Assembly (NCBI GenBank): GCA_905178155.1
Contig: CAJINV010000001.1
Span: forward strand, 14,504,158 to 14,568,157
Source of the DNA: Amoebophrya sp. A120
Lineage: Eukaryota; Protista; Dinoflagellata
Direction of reading: 5' to 3'
DNA length: 64,000 nt
The notes under the pieces were generated by a model. That model made no database searches. It was not told where the DNA came from and was given only the letters and a program-made list of their open reading frames with translations. Shown here piece after piece: positions 38,841-51,581 of this stretch. Both the position numbers and the translations under genes were made by a program. Within the stretch, counting starts at the first letter, position 1. Every line of letters begins with the position of its first letter.

Positions 38841-39900
38841 ATTAGTTTTTGATTTTTTCGATCTTATCGTAAGTGCAAGGAAGCTTCCTCAAGCACTGGC
38901 GCCCTGTCTTTACCTCTCTCGAACTACACAAACAGCAGCTCAGGTCAAGGCCCTCGTCCTGCTCCTGCCTCTATTTTTGAATGAAAATGAAATTCGAGTC
39001 GCATTTTCAATCGTGATACTCGCGATCTTAGATCTTGCGACAGCAAACAAAACCAGGCGATGATTTTTCTTTTTGCTGGTGTGGAGCTGTTGCTGTGTCT
39101 GTGAATACGATGATGAAGTCGGAAATTACACGGGGTCGTCAGAGACAGCGACAACATTCTTTCAAACAAAAATGGGACCTTGTATGAAGCAGCGCCATCA
39201 AGCCCGGAGAATGGACCAACTTCAATCAGTTCACCACGCTCCGAAGGTGAACTAGACTGGACGTGAACCGGTAGAGGTAAACGGATATCAAAGTCGTTTA
39301 TTCTCCTGACGCAAGAATGCCGAGCACCAGAACGCGTACGTAGTATCTACCGATTCCCACAATCAACACTCTCACTCGCTGATTCATATACAACATCTCT
39401 CTATCCTCCCCTCCAGGGTCGCTTCGACATCAGCAAAGCAAAATCACGTTGCAGTGGCAATGCAACTGAAGACAGAATCTCGAAACTTTTTCCGAATTTT
39501 CCTGTCGCAGGCACGGCGGTCCCGGAAATCATGATTCACACAGACACAGGCTGCAAAAAGACGGAAGAAAAACTACTATCCTCAAGTTGTGGCAGGTAGT
39601 TTTTTCCCTCATCGCACGCTCGAGGAATTGGCCGGTGTGCGCACGAGGAAGTGTATCACGAGCGGTACGCCTATTTACGGGCTACGCTTCCATTTTCGGT
39701 ACCACGCTTGGAATCGTCTTGTAAAGTACTTTGACCACAAGCACAACCTCAACCGAGCGAAATAAATAAACCACCTCGACGAATGATCATGAACGCGAGC
39801 AGAAAAGAAAATCACAATCGCCGGGAAGAGGCCCTCTGCCCACCTCTTCTAAGCCAGCATCGCGTGGTCGTTGTCAACCTCAGTTGTTAATCGGGGGTCA

Positions 39901-41322
39901 TCAAAAGTGCTGCTCCGCATGTAACCGTTGGTGGTAGCTGGCGTCGTATTGAATGGCCAAGATGCAGGCGAGAGGCAGCGTGAAGAGGAAAAAGCAGAAG
40001 CTCGCGAGTAGCGCCTGGTAGAACCCCGCCCACCAAATACCACTGTTGTCCGAAGCGTCTTTCGTCCACTCGACCAGCACGGCCGACGTGCTATTGCTCG
40101 AAACGGGATACAGACTCGTCGCTACGTCGACGGCCTTGCGGTAAAACCTGAGGTAGTGCAGTAGGAACAAGGTAGAGCCATTCGTGGTGTCGTCGTGGGA
40201 TGCACACGCAACCCTAGCAAGCTATATCTTTATTTTGATTATTTCCGCGAACGCATATAAGGCGACGACTCAAGTCTTATGGCTGGTTCTGATAGCTGCT
40301 ACCACCAAATCGCTACATTGAGGACGTGAAACAGAACACATTCAAAAAGACCAAAAAACTTGTTGTACCTGTCTGCGCTGTTCATGGGTAATATTTGCAG
40401 TACTTCGTTACTGAAGTCGTGCCGAACCAGGCCTGCGTGAGCATCTGGTCCCAACTGGCCACACTGAAATTTATACCTGATTGTGGGCAAACGCAAAAGC
40501 AATCATGAGCGTCTGTTTCATCATCTGTCACCAGTGTGGTGATTTTCTTTGCAAAGGGCGTAGTTACGAAGAGGCGGCATAAACCCTCTGTAGTACCACT
40601 AAACGAAGTTAGTACTGCGATGCAGTTTTATCTTCTATCGTCTCGCTTTCTCGTCGTCGAAGCGATAAACAATCACCTTACCTGTATTCACAGCAATTTG
40701 TGCCTACCGCCCAGAACTGTATTGGTGGTGCGGAAGTGGGGTCCGTGCCCTTTTTCAGCACCGGTGCCACGCAGTACACTTCGCCGTGCGCTTTGAGTCC
40801 AACGACCATGGACAGATCGGGCGCAACGTCGTTCTCGAAGGTGATGCCCGCGGCGTCTTGCACTCCGGTCGCAGGGTGGTCCGCTTTCATCTTCAAATAC
40901 TGCATCCGGTCGCCGAAGGCCGCGTAGCTGTAGAAGTAGCCCTGGGCCAACAGCAGCCCGACTAATCCGCCAAACAGCGTCGCTGGGAGGGACAGCGTAC
41001 TCACGTGCAGGACGTAGAGGCGGATGGCATTCAGGTTGCTTACCACAATCTGCACATTGAAAACTACCAAGGCGAATCCCAGTACCAGCGTGGCCGCAAA
41101 CCCGAGGGCGTAGCTGCAGTGCACCCAAAATATGAAAGTACCAACGAACACGAGCAGTGGCAGAAACTGGTACTCCAGGTACTTGGACGGGAGTTTCGCT
41201 GAGTGGTCGCCGCGAATGTCCTCTCGACCGGTGTCGCCGATCGAAGTGGCGCGCGCCTTCGCGAGGAGACCTCTGTCAATCCCGCCGGCAGACGTGCCGC
41301 AGAGGTACTGCCTCCCGGACAT
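39901..41322 (-). CDS. Multi-pass membrane protein of unknown function; three exons, about 41322..40682, 40477..40369, 40147..39901
   Basis: Several hydrophobic segments followed by YCVAPV...IQFWAVGTNCC. GT-AG introns in compatible phase (ACAG|GTAAGG, ATCAG|GTAT, ACAG|GTAC, CTCAG|GTTT). Confidence 0.7.
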
Positions 41323-42003
41323 AATTTTTGTCTTCTCCTGTAAGAAGAGAATGCGGTCACGCTGACCGACTGTAGCTCCAGTCGCGGACTATGCGTAGCC
41401 GGAAAGCTACCACCTCCGGCACTACAGCTTGGATAATCTGCTGATCGACAATTGTGGTAAGAACGCGACTTTTCTTTTTGCGGCAGGAAAACACGTCGAG
41501 GTCGTAGCGTCTCGCCTATGGGTGAAGTGGTCGTGGTCCAACATAGGTTTCATCCTCGAAGCCCCACTTCCATCGCGCGTGTATGTGTAACTTCGTCTCC
41601 TTCAAAAAGTTTGAGATCGCTTTCTTGCGGACACAGCTGTTGACGTTCTGCCAGCTTCGACGAGTCCTCATTCATCCGGTCGATTGAAAAAGCACAAGGA
41701 CAATTTTACTATGTTTCGAAGGTGGTTATATTTTTGTACGAGCGTGGGACGCCGTCCTAACCGTCAGAGGTTTTCTAAATTTTTGACTGCCTCCAAATCG
41801 GGCACGACCACGAACGACCTACAGCTTTTATTTATCATCAGCAACACGCGGCGCGACCACCCAATTCAGTGACACGACGAGGTAGACAGGCGGCCTGACT
41901 GACTCTCTTGCGTCCGCGCTTGAGATATTGATATGGTCTTCAGAAGCAGTGTCTGCGACTTTTGCAGCCCAGGCCCAGGCGGGGCCGGATAAAATTGTAC
42001 TTA

Positions 42004-42593
42004 GAATAAGGTAACAAAGAACTTAGACGTGACCGGGGGGGTCACGTCCGTCCGTCCGGCCGGACGGACGGCACGTGACCGGGGGCAGTGCGGCCTGGGG
42101 GCGAGTTCGGCGCTGAATGCAGCAACAGCTGCGGCTCTCGGTCAAGCAGCGCTGGCCTTCCGCCTTGCGTCGCTGCAGTAAGTAGCAGCTATGGGCAGAG
42201 GTAGGCTACTCAAATAGGCGGGTCCCGGACTGGACCAAGGTGCAGAGCCGCCGGAGCAAGACAACCGCCGGCCTCGGCGACCGGGGCATTGGGCGGAAGA
42301 GTCGTGCCCTTTTTTCGTGAAGGCCGAACTCATGACCTTTTTTTTTTAGTTGGGCGCCCGATCTAGCGCTGACGGCCCCCGGCTGCGTGACCGGGGGCGG
42401 AGCGTGGCCAAAAAGAGGCGTTGCTTCAGTGACGTGCCGAGCTCATGACCTTTTTTTTTTTTTTTAGTTGCCCGGGCGCGCGCGTCGCAGAGGCCACCAC
42501 GTTCGAGCGCCACGACCGACCCCCGGTCACGTGCCGTCCGTCCGGACGGACGTGACCCCCCCGGTCACGTCCACGCTCGTTGTTACCTTATTC
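42004..42593. mobile_element. MITE (590 bp) with TTA TSD, PIF/Harbinger (Tourist)-like
   Basis: TTA|GAATAAGGTAACAA ... TTGTTACCTTATTC|TTA. Subterminal inverted blocks GACGTGACCGGGGGGGTCACGTCCGTCCG. Internal direct repeat CTCATGACC(T)nAGTTG. Confidence 0.88.
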
Positions 42594-44231
42594 TTAACTG
42601 CCAGTTGTAGAATATGAAAGTGTGTCCCCCCCGCTCCTCTTCTGTTATATCATTTACATTTAGATTTAGAAGTAATAATAGTTCGATTTTTCTTCAGATA
42701 TTTGTATTTCTCATTTAGATATCATCTGCTCTGTAGCTCTCCGTTCCCTCCTTCTAGCTCATGCTCCACGCCGTCAAAAAAAGGCACATGCTTCCGCTTG
42801 ATGATGGTTCTTGTCTACTCCTGACAAAAATTAATTGGCTTGAGTAGCAGGCTAACAGTGAGTGACGGTAGCCTAGCGAAATACTCTGAGAATATTAAGT
42901 AGCACGATCGATACCTAGATCAATGTCAACTCATGGTTGAATCAATGGCTCTGCCGCAGAAGAACAACAGTTCAAGTTCTACCGGAGTCGGTGTAGTTGC
43001 AGTCCTCGTCCCAAGCGGTTGATACTGATGCTCGAGAAGTGGCACTAGTTTGATTTGCAAATATAATTCACAATATTGATGAGCTCAAGTTGATCGTGAA
43101 ACTGTCTCTAGGAGGGTAGCGCACTTCTGCGGCGAGCCGCAGTTAAATTCATTTTGATGGTGCGACGGATCTCATCACTCTTACTTTTCCGAAGACAACA
43201 AGCACTGACCAGCAAACCTCTAGGTTGAAGTCGTCTTTTTTCTTCCATTTTTTTCTTCTTTGAAATCATACATAACATGAAGCTCTTGTTCGCAACAGAG
43301 GCCGACGAAAGTAAGCCGCACACCAGTGTAGATGCAATTGGTAGCTCTAAGTAAAGAAGCTCAGAAAGAAACAAAAGTGAGAGAGACACCCAAATCATTC
43401 ATTGACGCAAAACCGGTTCATTTATGAGACCAAAATTGAAATTCGTAAATTGATCGCAAAACAATTACAATGCTAGAAGTAGCTATAGCTAGTCGAGTGA
43501 AAGCGAGCGAGAGTAGAGCTCCGGAAATTATAGAACAAGAAATCATCAAAGAAAATCAAGTTGAGACTTGAAGTCTGTGAGTCCATCCGTCTCATTGCCT
43601 GAGCTCGCTAAGTAGCGGCGAGGTTTCAACATCTTCGGCTGCGTTTCCGGTCCTCAGGGCGATCGCTTTGAGAACCGCAATTACAGCTCCAATCGTCATC
43701 AGCCCTAAAGTCGTTACTTCTGCCACGAGTAGCGCGCTCACGCAAGTGAAGAGGTTCATCCCAAAAGCAGCGGCCCAAGTCGTGACGCAGAACACGCAGA
43801 GGCAGCTTACGCCAGAAATGCTGGGTGTACCTGTGAGGTTGCAGAGGGCCGAGGATGCGCACTTTCATCATCAAGGAACTACATGCAGGAGTAGGAAAGA
43901 AAGGCGTGTAAAAAGAAACTGCAGACAAGGCAGCTGTTTCTACTTACTCGTCATGCTCAATCATACTCATAAAATTACCGAGCAACAAGAGCAAAACATA
44001 CAGCACCAAGTACCTGCTTGGCGAAAGGTTCGGCTAGCCCAATCGTCCAGTTCGTGGGCGAAGCAAACCTGTAGATGATACATTTACATATGATAAGCAC
44101 AGATTGTTCTTGGAACTCGGTCTAAATGGAAGCAATTATATGCATCACGACCACCTCCACCACGATAAAGACAAATCTCTACAATGACTAGATAAAAGTA
44201 AGAAAACCCATTATTTAATAGTATCCCGCAA

Positions 44232-44425
44232 TAGAAACAAAGAATAGAAACGAAAAACAAAAACAAAGAATGGAAACGAAAAACGAAAACAAAGAATGGA
44301 AACGAAAAACGAAAACAAAGAATAGGAACGAAAAACGAAAACAAAGAATAGAAACGAAAAACGAAAACAAACAATGAAAACAAAAAACGAAAACAAAGAA
44401 TAGAAACGAAAAACAACAACAACGA
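44232..44425. repeat. A-rich minisatellite, about 26-bp unit (GAAACGAAAAACGAAAACAAAGAATA/G)
   Basis: About seven tandem copies visible. Confidence 0.9.
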
Positions 44426-44449
44426 AATGCAGACAAAGTGCCCAAGCTT

Positions 44450-44829
44450 CTAAGCGGCGAAGCCTTGAAAGGATGAGGCCTCGAAACGCCGAAGCAGCGA
44501 AGCCTCGAATCAGCGAAGCCTCGACGCAGCGAAGCCTCGACGCAGCGAAGCCTCGACGTAGCGAAGCCTCGAAGCAGCGAAGCTTCGAAGCCTCGAAGCA
44601 GCGCAGCCCAGAAGCAGCGAAGCCTCGAAGCAGCGAAGCAGCGAAGCCTCGAAGCAGCGAAGCCTCGAAGCAGCGAAGCCTCGGAGCAGCGAAGCCTCGG
44701 AGCAGCGAAGCCTCGGAGCAGCGAAGCCTCGGAGCAGCGAAGCCTCGGAGCAGCGAAGCCTCGGAGCAGCGAAGCGGCGAAGCCTCGAAGCAGCGAAGCC
44801 TCGAAGCCGCGAACCAGCGAAGCCTCGAA
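44450..44829. repeat. Minisatellite of GAAGCAGCGAAGCCTC (8/16-bp units)
   Basis: Tandem GAAGCAGC and GAAGCCTC units. Confidence 0.92.
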
Positions 44830-46356
44830 TTTGTCGTTGCGCCGGACCGGAGCGACAAATCCAGGAGTCCCCGGACCCGCCAATTTGTCGCTGCGCCGGA
44901 CCGGAGCGACAAAATCAGGGGTCTCCGGACCCGCCATTTTGTCGTTCCGCCGGACCGGAGCGACAAATCCAGGGGTCCCCGGACCCGCCAATTTGTCGTT
45001 GCGCCGGACCGGAGCGACAAATCCAGGAGTCCCCGGACCCGCCAATTTGTCGCTGCGCCGGACTGGAACGACAAATCCAGGAGTCCCTGGACCCGCCGAT
45101 TTGTCGTTGCGCCGGACCGGAGCGACAAACCCAGGAGTCCCCGGACCCGTCATTTTGTCGTTGCGCCGGACCGGAGCGACAAAATCAGGGGTCCTCGGCC
45201 CCGCCATTTTGTCGCTGCGCCGGACCGGAGCGACAAAATCAGGGGTCCCCAGACACGCCATTTTGTCGTTGCGCCGGGCCGGAGCGACAAAATCAGGGGT
45301 CCCCGGACCCGCCATTTTGTCGTTGCGCCGGACCGGAGCGACAAATCCAGGAGTCCCCGGACCCGCCAATTTGTCGCTGCGCCGGACTGGAACGACAAAT
45401 CCAGGAGTCCCTGGACCCGCCGATTTGTCGTTGCGCCGGACCGGAGCGACAAACCCAGGAGTCCCCGGACCCGTCATTTTGTCGTTGCGCCGGACCGGAG
45501 CGACAAAATCAGGGGTCCTCGGCCCCGCCATTTTGTCGCTGCGCCGGACCGGAGCGACAAAATCAAGGGTCCCCAGACACGCCATTTTGTCGTTGCGCCG
45601 GGCCGGAGCGACAAAATCAGGGGTCCCCGGACCCGCCATTTTGTCGTTGCGCCGGACCGGAGCGACAAATCCAGGAGTCCCCGTGCCCCCCAATTTGTCG
45701 TTGCGCCGGACCGGAGCGACAAATCCAGGAGTCCCCGGGCCCGCCAATTTGTCGTTGCGCCGGACCGGAGCGGCAAATCCGGGAGTCCCCGGACCCGCCA
45801 ATTTGTCGCTGCGCCGGACCGGAGCGACAAAATCAGGGGTCTCCGGACCCGCCATTTTGTCGTTCCGCCGGACCGGAGCGACAAATCCAGGGGTCCCTGG
45901 ACCCGCCAATTTGTCGTTGCGCCGGACCGGAGCGACAAATCCAGGAGTCCCTGGACCCGCCGATTTGTCGTTGCGCCGGACCGGAGCGACAAACCCAGGA
46001 GTCCCCGGACCCGTCATTTTGTCGGTGCGCCGGACCGGAGTGACAAAATCAGGGGTCCTCGCACCCGCCATTTTGTCGCTGCGCCGGACCGGAGCGACAA
46101 AATCACGGGTCCCCAGACCCGCCATTTTATTATTGCGCCGGGCCGGAGCGACAAATTCAAATCCAGGAGTCCTCGGACCCGCCAATTTGTCGTTGCGCCG
46201 GACCGGACCGACAAACTCAAGGGTCCCCGGACCCGCGAGTTTGTCGTTGCGCCGGACCGGAGCGACAAAGTCAGGGATCCCCGGACCCGCGAGTTTGTCA
46301 TTGCGCCGGACCGGAGCGACACACTCGGACGTCCCCGGACCCGCGAGTTTGTCGTT
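44830..46356. repeat. 54-bp tandem repeat, about 28 copies, with internal hairpin and 324-bp higher-order duplication
   Basis: Unit TTTGTCGTTGCGCCGGACCGGAGCGACAAATCCAGGAGTCCCCGGACCCGCCAA. The variant GACTGGAACG recurs at 45061 and 45385, which is 6 units apart. Confidence 0.95.
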
Positions 46357-46460
46357 GGCCGCCAAGCCGGTGCCGGACCATGGCCACCAAGCCGGTGCCG
46401 GACCATGGCCGCCAAGCCGGTGCCGGACCATGGCCACCAAGCCTGTGCTGGACCATGGCC
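46357..46460. repeat. 27-bp tandem repeat, about 4 copies
   Basis: GGCC(A/G)CCAAGCCGGTGCCGGACCAT repeated in tandem. Confidence 0.88.
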
Positions 46461-46759
46461 GGGCCCGCCGCCCGGCGCCAAATCGCGGCCCCGCCGGTGC
46501 CAGCATGCAAGCAAGATGGCGGCGAAGGCCAACCTGCCAGCCGCGCCGGTTCCGGATCGTGGCCAAGCCAGTCTGGCGCTTTCAAAATCGCAGGCGGATG
46601 GGCCTGCCTCTGCTGAAGCGCCGGAACCGATTTTCCACAGATAGACGCTGAGTCTGTGCTACTATTCATCTAGCGGAATACTATTAAGTCTGCAGGTTAC
46701 TGGACACGGGAACCGGGATAAGGCTAGTCATAAGCATAAACATAAGCAACAAAAATATA

Positions 46760-49700
46760 TCACCACCATGAACTAAGCAAAACATGCACAAGAAGTACCA
46801 AACAGACATCCATTAACATCGCAGCACCCAGGACACCAGTGACGGTATACGCTTTAGTCGTATTTTCGCACTTAGCTCCACCCGCTGCAGTGATCACAAG
46901 TACCAGGCACACGAGGACAGGAGTGGCGCATCTCATCAGAACGTAATCAAGGTACTGAAACCAAGCCTGTTCTGGGTCCCTCCAGCACTCTTCGCGAGAA
47001 GCAAAGCGAAACGTGTATCTGCAGACAAGCGTACACAGATCAAACAATGCGGCAAGCCCGGAAGCCGCAGCCAAGAAGAGACTGGAAATAACGACGCGGC
47101 TCTGTAGTAGTAGTGCGGGGAGTATGTTAATGTTGTCTTGTTCATGCGTGTCATCAGTAAACAGGTACGTCTGCGTCATCATCTTTGTTCTCTGTCTGTC
47201 TGTGCTGTCGGTCTATGATTCAATAAACAATTTTTCGTTGTCAACTTACTTACCTGTGCACATGACGAACCGCTGACGCAGTAAAACGTAACTCCGCCAA
47301 CGGCTGCGAAGGTGACTTGAAACAAACCCAACCAGAACTCGACCGTACGGGCAAAAAAGATTGCTGGAAGCTGATTAGTATTACGTCGCTTGGATTGAGC
47401 CAGCTCGTCGTCGAATTCAAATTGAAGCTAGAGCTGCCAATAGAAATACTTTCCTAGGCTGATTACATATAGAGAATGAGAATGTACTTATGACGCGCAT
47501 AGCGAAAACAAAGTACAGAACAAACGTACCACATCCGCAGAGTGATCGCGTTTGGCGCCTTCGTGAAACTTGTCAAGGTACGCCCGAATCCAGAAGACAT
47601 TCACCAAATCGAAAAGAACTCCGGGCAAAACAAGCCCGAGCGCGACGCTGCTTGTTGGCGGGCAATCAGCTGCTTCAAGCCCGATGGTAAGCAGGCTTCC
47701 AATTGCAAACAAATCCACCGACAACGTGAGCAAAGTGAGGAATGCGCTGATGTGGTACAGACACGCACTGTAACGATAGGTCTGGTACGAATAAAGCGCG
47801 ACGCTCTCGCGCGAAGTTTCGTACAAGCTCGTGGACGTGTCGACGATGACCGTGGATGCTTTTTTCATGGCGCTCGCACCGCTTTCCGCTAGGTCACCAA
47901 CCGGTCCGAGAGTCGTGGTATGCCAACTGTCGCCCATCATGACTTGTTTCGTTCCTTCACCGGCGCCGAAGCGAGAAACCTTGCAAGAGCACAGTTCGTA
48001 CGTCTGTAAAACTAAAAATGAGAGAACGACAACAGGTGGAAACTGCAAAAAGAGCGTAAAAATTGATTCATATCAGCATCATCTCCATAATCATGTTCAC
48101 ACGACACAAGCATAAGACGATATTCCGTCCTGTAGGTACGTCGATCTGTAATAGCTGCTCAGATGCACATTTATTCTTGTTAAATCAGAGGCTTATATCT
48201 TGAATGATCACATCAAGATCAAGAACACCAAACAAAAACAATAACGACGCCCATGATTGCGATTGCCGCAGGGGGAGGACCACGCACAGAAGACGAATAA
48301 AAAGTACCGGAGTTGTTCCATTCGGCATGCCAGGCAACCAATCGCGAATCGCATGTAGTCGAGTTGAGATCCCCGATGCCAACGTAGAAACACCATTCGA
48401 AACGCACTGCGTCGTTGTCAAAACTGCGCTGGAAACGGCGTTCGACAAATTCGACGCGCTACCGCTGATACCTGAAAATAGAGTTTGATGCCGCCGGGGC
48501 GAATATATATAGAATGTGCACGCTAGATGAGCAAGACGCAACAGAACCAGGTAGAACAATATGCCAAGAAAATGCAAGAAAAAACAACTTATGCGGCTAC
48601 GCTACAACAAGGAGTACTCAATTCGAGACCGCCATCCGAAGATTCAGCGGTGGAGGCAGAGTATGTTCGAAGGACTTCGGAACTAGCTCCGTCACAAACT
48701 GCAGAAGCTTCTTCATCTCGAGGCCCAGAGTGCGGACCTAAACCAGCGCCGTTCCCGTTTGCGGCTGTGACACGAGCGGTGTGCATTTCAGCTGAACCCG
48801 TAACAGTATGGACAAGACCAATCTGATCAACTTCAATCACTTCGTGCATTTCGTCGAAAGATGAAGTAAGAGTTGCATTCGCCATTAATGCTGCTGACTC
48901 ACTATTTGTTGACCATCCTATATTTTCTTCTTCCTGTTCTCCTCGGGTATGAGAAGTGGACGATGATTCGCCGCAGTTGATTCTTCGATGCGGGTTGCCG
49001 TCGAGATGATCGACGTTCGGCCCCGCCTTCTCCATCGATCTCTCCCCTGTGTGTACTTCTTCATGTTCGACTCTCTCATCTGCTCGGATCGTCGTCGAGG
49101 ATGGAGTTGGACCTGCGTCAGCATCGTTTGAATTTGTCAGCTGTCCCGGTCCAGGCGGACGAGTTCTCGTGGTCCTCGTTGTACTATACCTGCGAGGAAG
49201 ATTTTTGTTAACAACTAATATTCCGAAGTATTTTATCACAACTAACGCTAACCTCCGAGAAGAACGGGAGTTACTACTTACGTCTTCCTCTTCGAGTTCG
49301 ATCCCACGACGCGTACGCGAAGGCAGAAAAATAAAAAGTACATGAGCCAGGTACCCGGTCGTTTCTACCATCTCCATCATGACCTGGTGCTCCATCCCTA
49401 TACATAATATCAAGCTCTTATTTCCACATTTGTCCTCGCATGAACATGATGTACTGCAACGAAATCTTCGTTAAAGTTTCGCGCTCAACTTAGACTGTAG
49501 GAACCTACAAAAGATGTACCTTGGGCGTGGGCGTCCCTGGTGAGAGTAGTCATGACCTTGTTCTAATTCTGCATGGCGGCTTGAAGAACCCTCTGCCCTA
49601 CGTGATCGTCGTCGCCTTGGGGGGAGGTAGTCGTACTCTTCCAGTTGATCAGTGCCGTTGGTGAGAAATGGTCGACTGCCAGTCTTCATAGTACAGCCTG

Positions 49701-49797
49701 TGCTAGCAATATTACCATTCCCGAAGTGTCGTGTACTATTTCTAGTGGCATCGTTTGCCGAAGCCGAAGGTAGCATTCTGAAAAGTCTATCGTACAA
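46760..49797 (-). CDS. Multi-exon hypothetical membrane protein; boundaries uncertain
   Basis: Co-oriented ORF segments 49471-49797, 48589-49413, 48185-48577, 47488-48048 and 46760-47182. The later segments contain hydrophobic helices. No family recognised. Confidence 0.45.
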
Positions 49798-50304
49798 GAA
49801 GAAGAATCCTAATCCACGGAGTTCAAATTTTAGTTTGCTAGTTTTTTTTGCGTCCGTTCCCGTGGTGATAGATACTACATGCTTATTTTCATTTATAAGG
49901 GAGCGGACTCAGTTTCTCTTTCTTTCTGTCTAGTTCTACCTGTCTTCAATAAAGGAAGAACACGAAGTCATCGACACTTCCATCTGATGTGAAAACAACT
50001 TTTCAATTTTGTCTTGTCCCAATTATGGAAAAACAAACACCTCACAAATCTCGAAACTTCAACTTTCTCGATCATCTCGCCAACGTCGTCATCTCAAAAA
50101 AACCGTGTCTTGCTCTCTCTATGCGTCCTCGAAGGCGACACTCTATCTGCTCTCGCAGTCGCAAGCATGCTTGCAGGTTACGACCCGAAAACTAAAACAA
50201 AACGACACATCCTAGAACGACTGAACGAAAAAGCCAACACTCCTTCTGATGAAAATCAATATCAAAAACGACCTTGCCGAAAACGAATGACAACACTGCT
50301 TTGA

Positions 50305-51428
50305 TGCAAAAAAAACAACGGAATTTTTCCCCGTGGCGGGGCTGGCGCGCGCAATTTTTTCAAGTCAGCCCTTTGCTCGCATCTTATGGTGCGCGAGTAA
50401 CTGTCTGACATTTGCAGCTGATGCTTCCGGAGAGTAAGACCTTTGCGAAAGCCTTGGGGGGCCGATCGGACGTGGCGCCCTCTTCTAAAAAAAGCAGCCG
50501 CACTTTCACCGTGACCGGGCTAAGTCGGTCTTTTTTTGAAAATATTTTATTAGAGGCACTCTGGTACAATCGCAGGCACTGGGCCAATGCTTGCCTGCCA
50601 GAGGGCCTACCGAGCCAACAGCTTTCAACTTCGTACAAGAAAAGGAGCCAGACATTTTCACCGTGACCGGGCTAGCGCGGGAAGGGACTTTTTTCGAATG
50701 GCGGCGCGCTGGTGACATCATGATTCACAGGCGCCTGGCGCTCTCCCGCGCTAAGTAATGCTCACCAAAGTAAGGCCTTAGTTACCGGAAGCGGAACTTT
50801 TTTGCACAAAAAGCAGCCGGGACCTTTCCCCGTGAGCGGGCTAACGCGGGCACTTTTTTGGAGTGGCAGCGCGCTGGTGAAATCAAAGGCGCCTTGCGCT
50901 CCCCCGAGCTGTTGCGTGCCAAAAGCCCTCAGCGGGAAGGCGTTTTGTTGCAAAAAGAGTAGCCGGGAATTTTCCCCGTCACCGGGCTAACACGGGCGCT
51001 TTTTTGGAATGGCAGCGCGCTGGTGGAATCACAGGCGCCTTGCGCTTCCCCGGGCTGTTGCGTGCCAAAAGCCCTCATCGGGAAGGCGCTTTTTTGCAAA
51101 AATAGCGGCCGGAAATTTTCCCCGTGACCGGGCTAACGCGGGCACTTTTTTGGAATGGCAGCGCGCTGGTGAAATCAAAGGCGCCTTGCGCTTCCACGAA
51201 CTGTTGCTTGCCAAAAGCCCTCATCGGAAAGGCGTTTTTTTGCAAAAAAAGTAGCCGGCAATTTTCCCCGTGACCGGGCTAACGCGGGCACTTTTTTGGA
51301 ATAGCGGCGCGCTGGTGAAATCGCAGGCGCCTTGCGCCTTCCCGAGCGAGCTGCTGCGTGCCAAAAGCCCTCATCGGGAAGGCGCTTTTTTGCAAAAAAA
51401 GCAGCCGTAAATCTAGATCTAGATCTAC
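50305..51428. repeat. Tandem repeat of about 146 bp, about 7 copies, ending in (ATCTAG)n
   Basis: Anchor CCGTGACCGGGCTAA at about 50332, 50510, 50662, 50831, 50977, 51123 and 51269. The last four anchors are exactly 146 bp apart. Confidence 0.9.
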
Positions 51429-51581
51429 TGGGCGTCAGTCAACCAGACTCTCTTTAGTACCCTAATTCCGACATCGACCGTGTCTGTCGACATTTAGAAC
51501 TCCTCATACCACACTTGGTCCAGATTGAATTTCACAAAAATCAGAAGCAAGGAGCATGTCGTGTTCCAGTGGGCAACATTC

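Larger units (their letters stand above)
44219..46683. mobile_element. Satellite-filled element with short TIRs flanked by TTAA (or TA) duplication
   Basis: TTAA|TAGTATCCCGC at 44215-44229 and GCGGAATACTA|TTAA at 46673-46687 bracket the whole repeat complex. Confidence 0.7.

Noticed and set aside
44830-46356. CRISPR array (30-bp palindromic repeat plus 24-bp spacer)
   Set aside because: The linkers are variants of one sequence rather than unique spacers, there are no cas genes, and the context is eukaryotic.
44211-46651. ORFs of 606-783 aa on both strands as genes
   Set aside because: They are explained by a stop-free repeat unit whose length is a multiple of three, and there is no unique domain.
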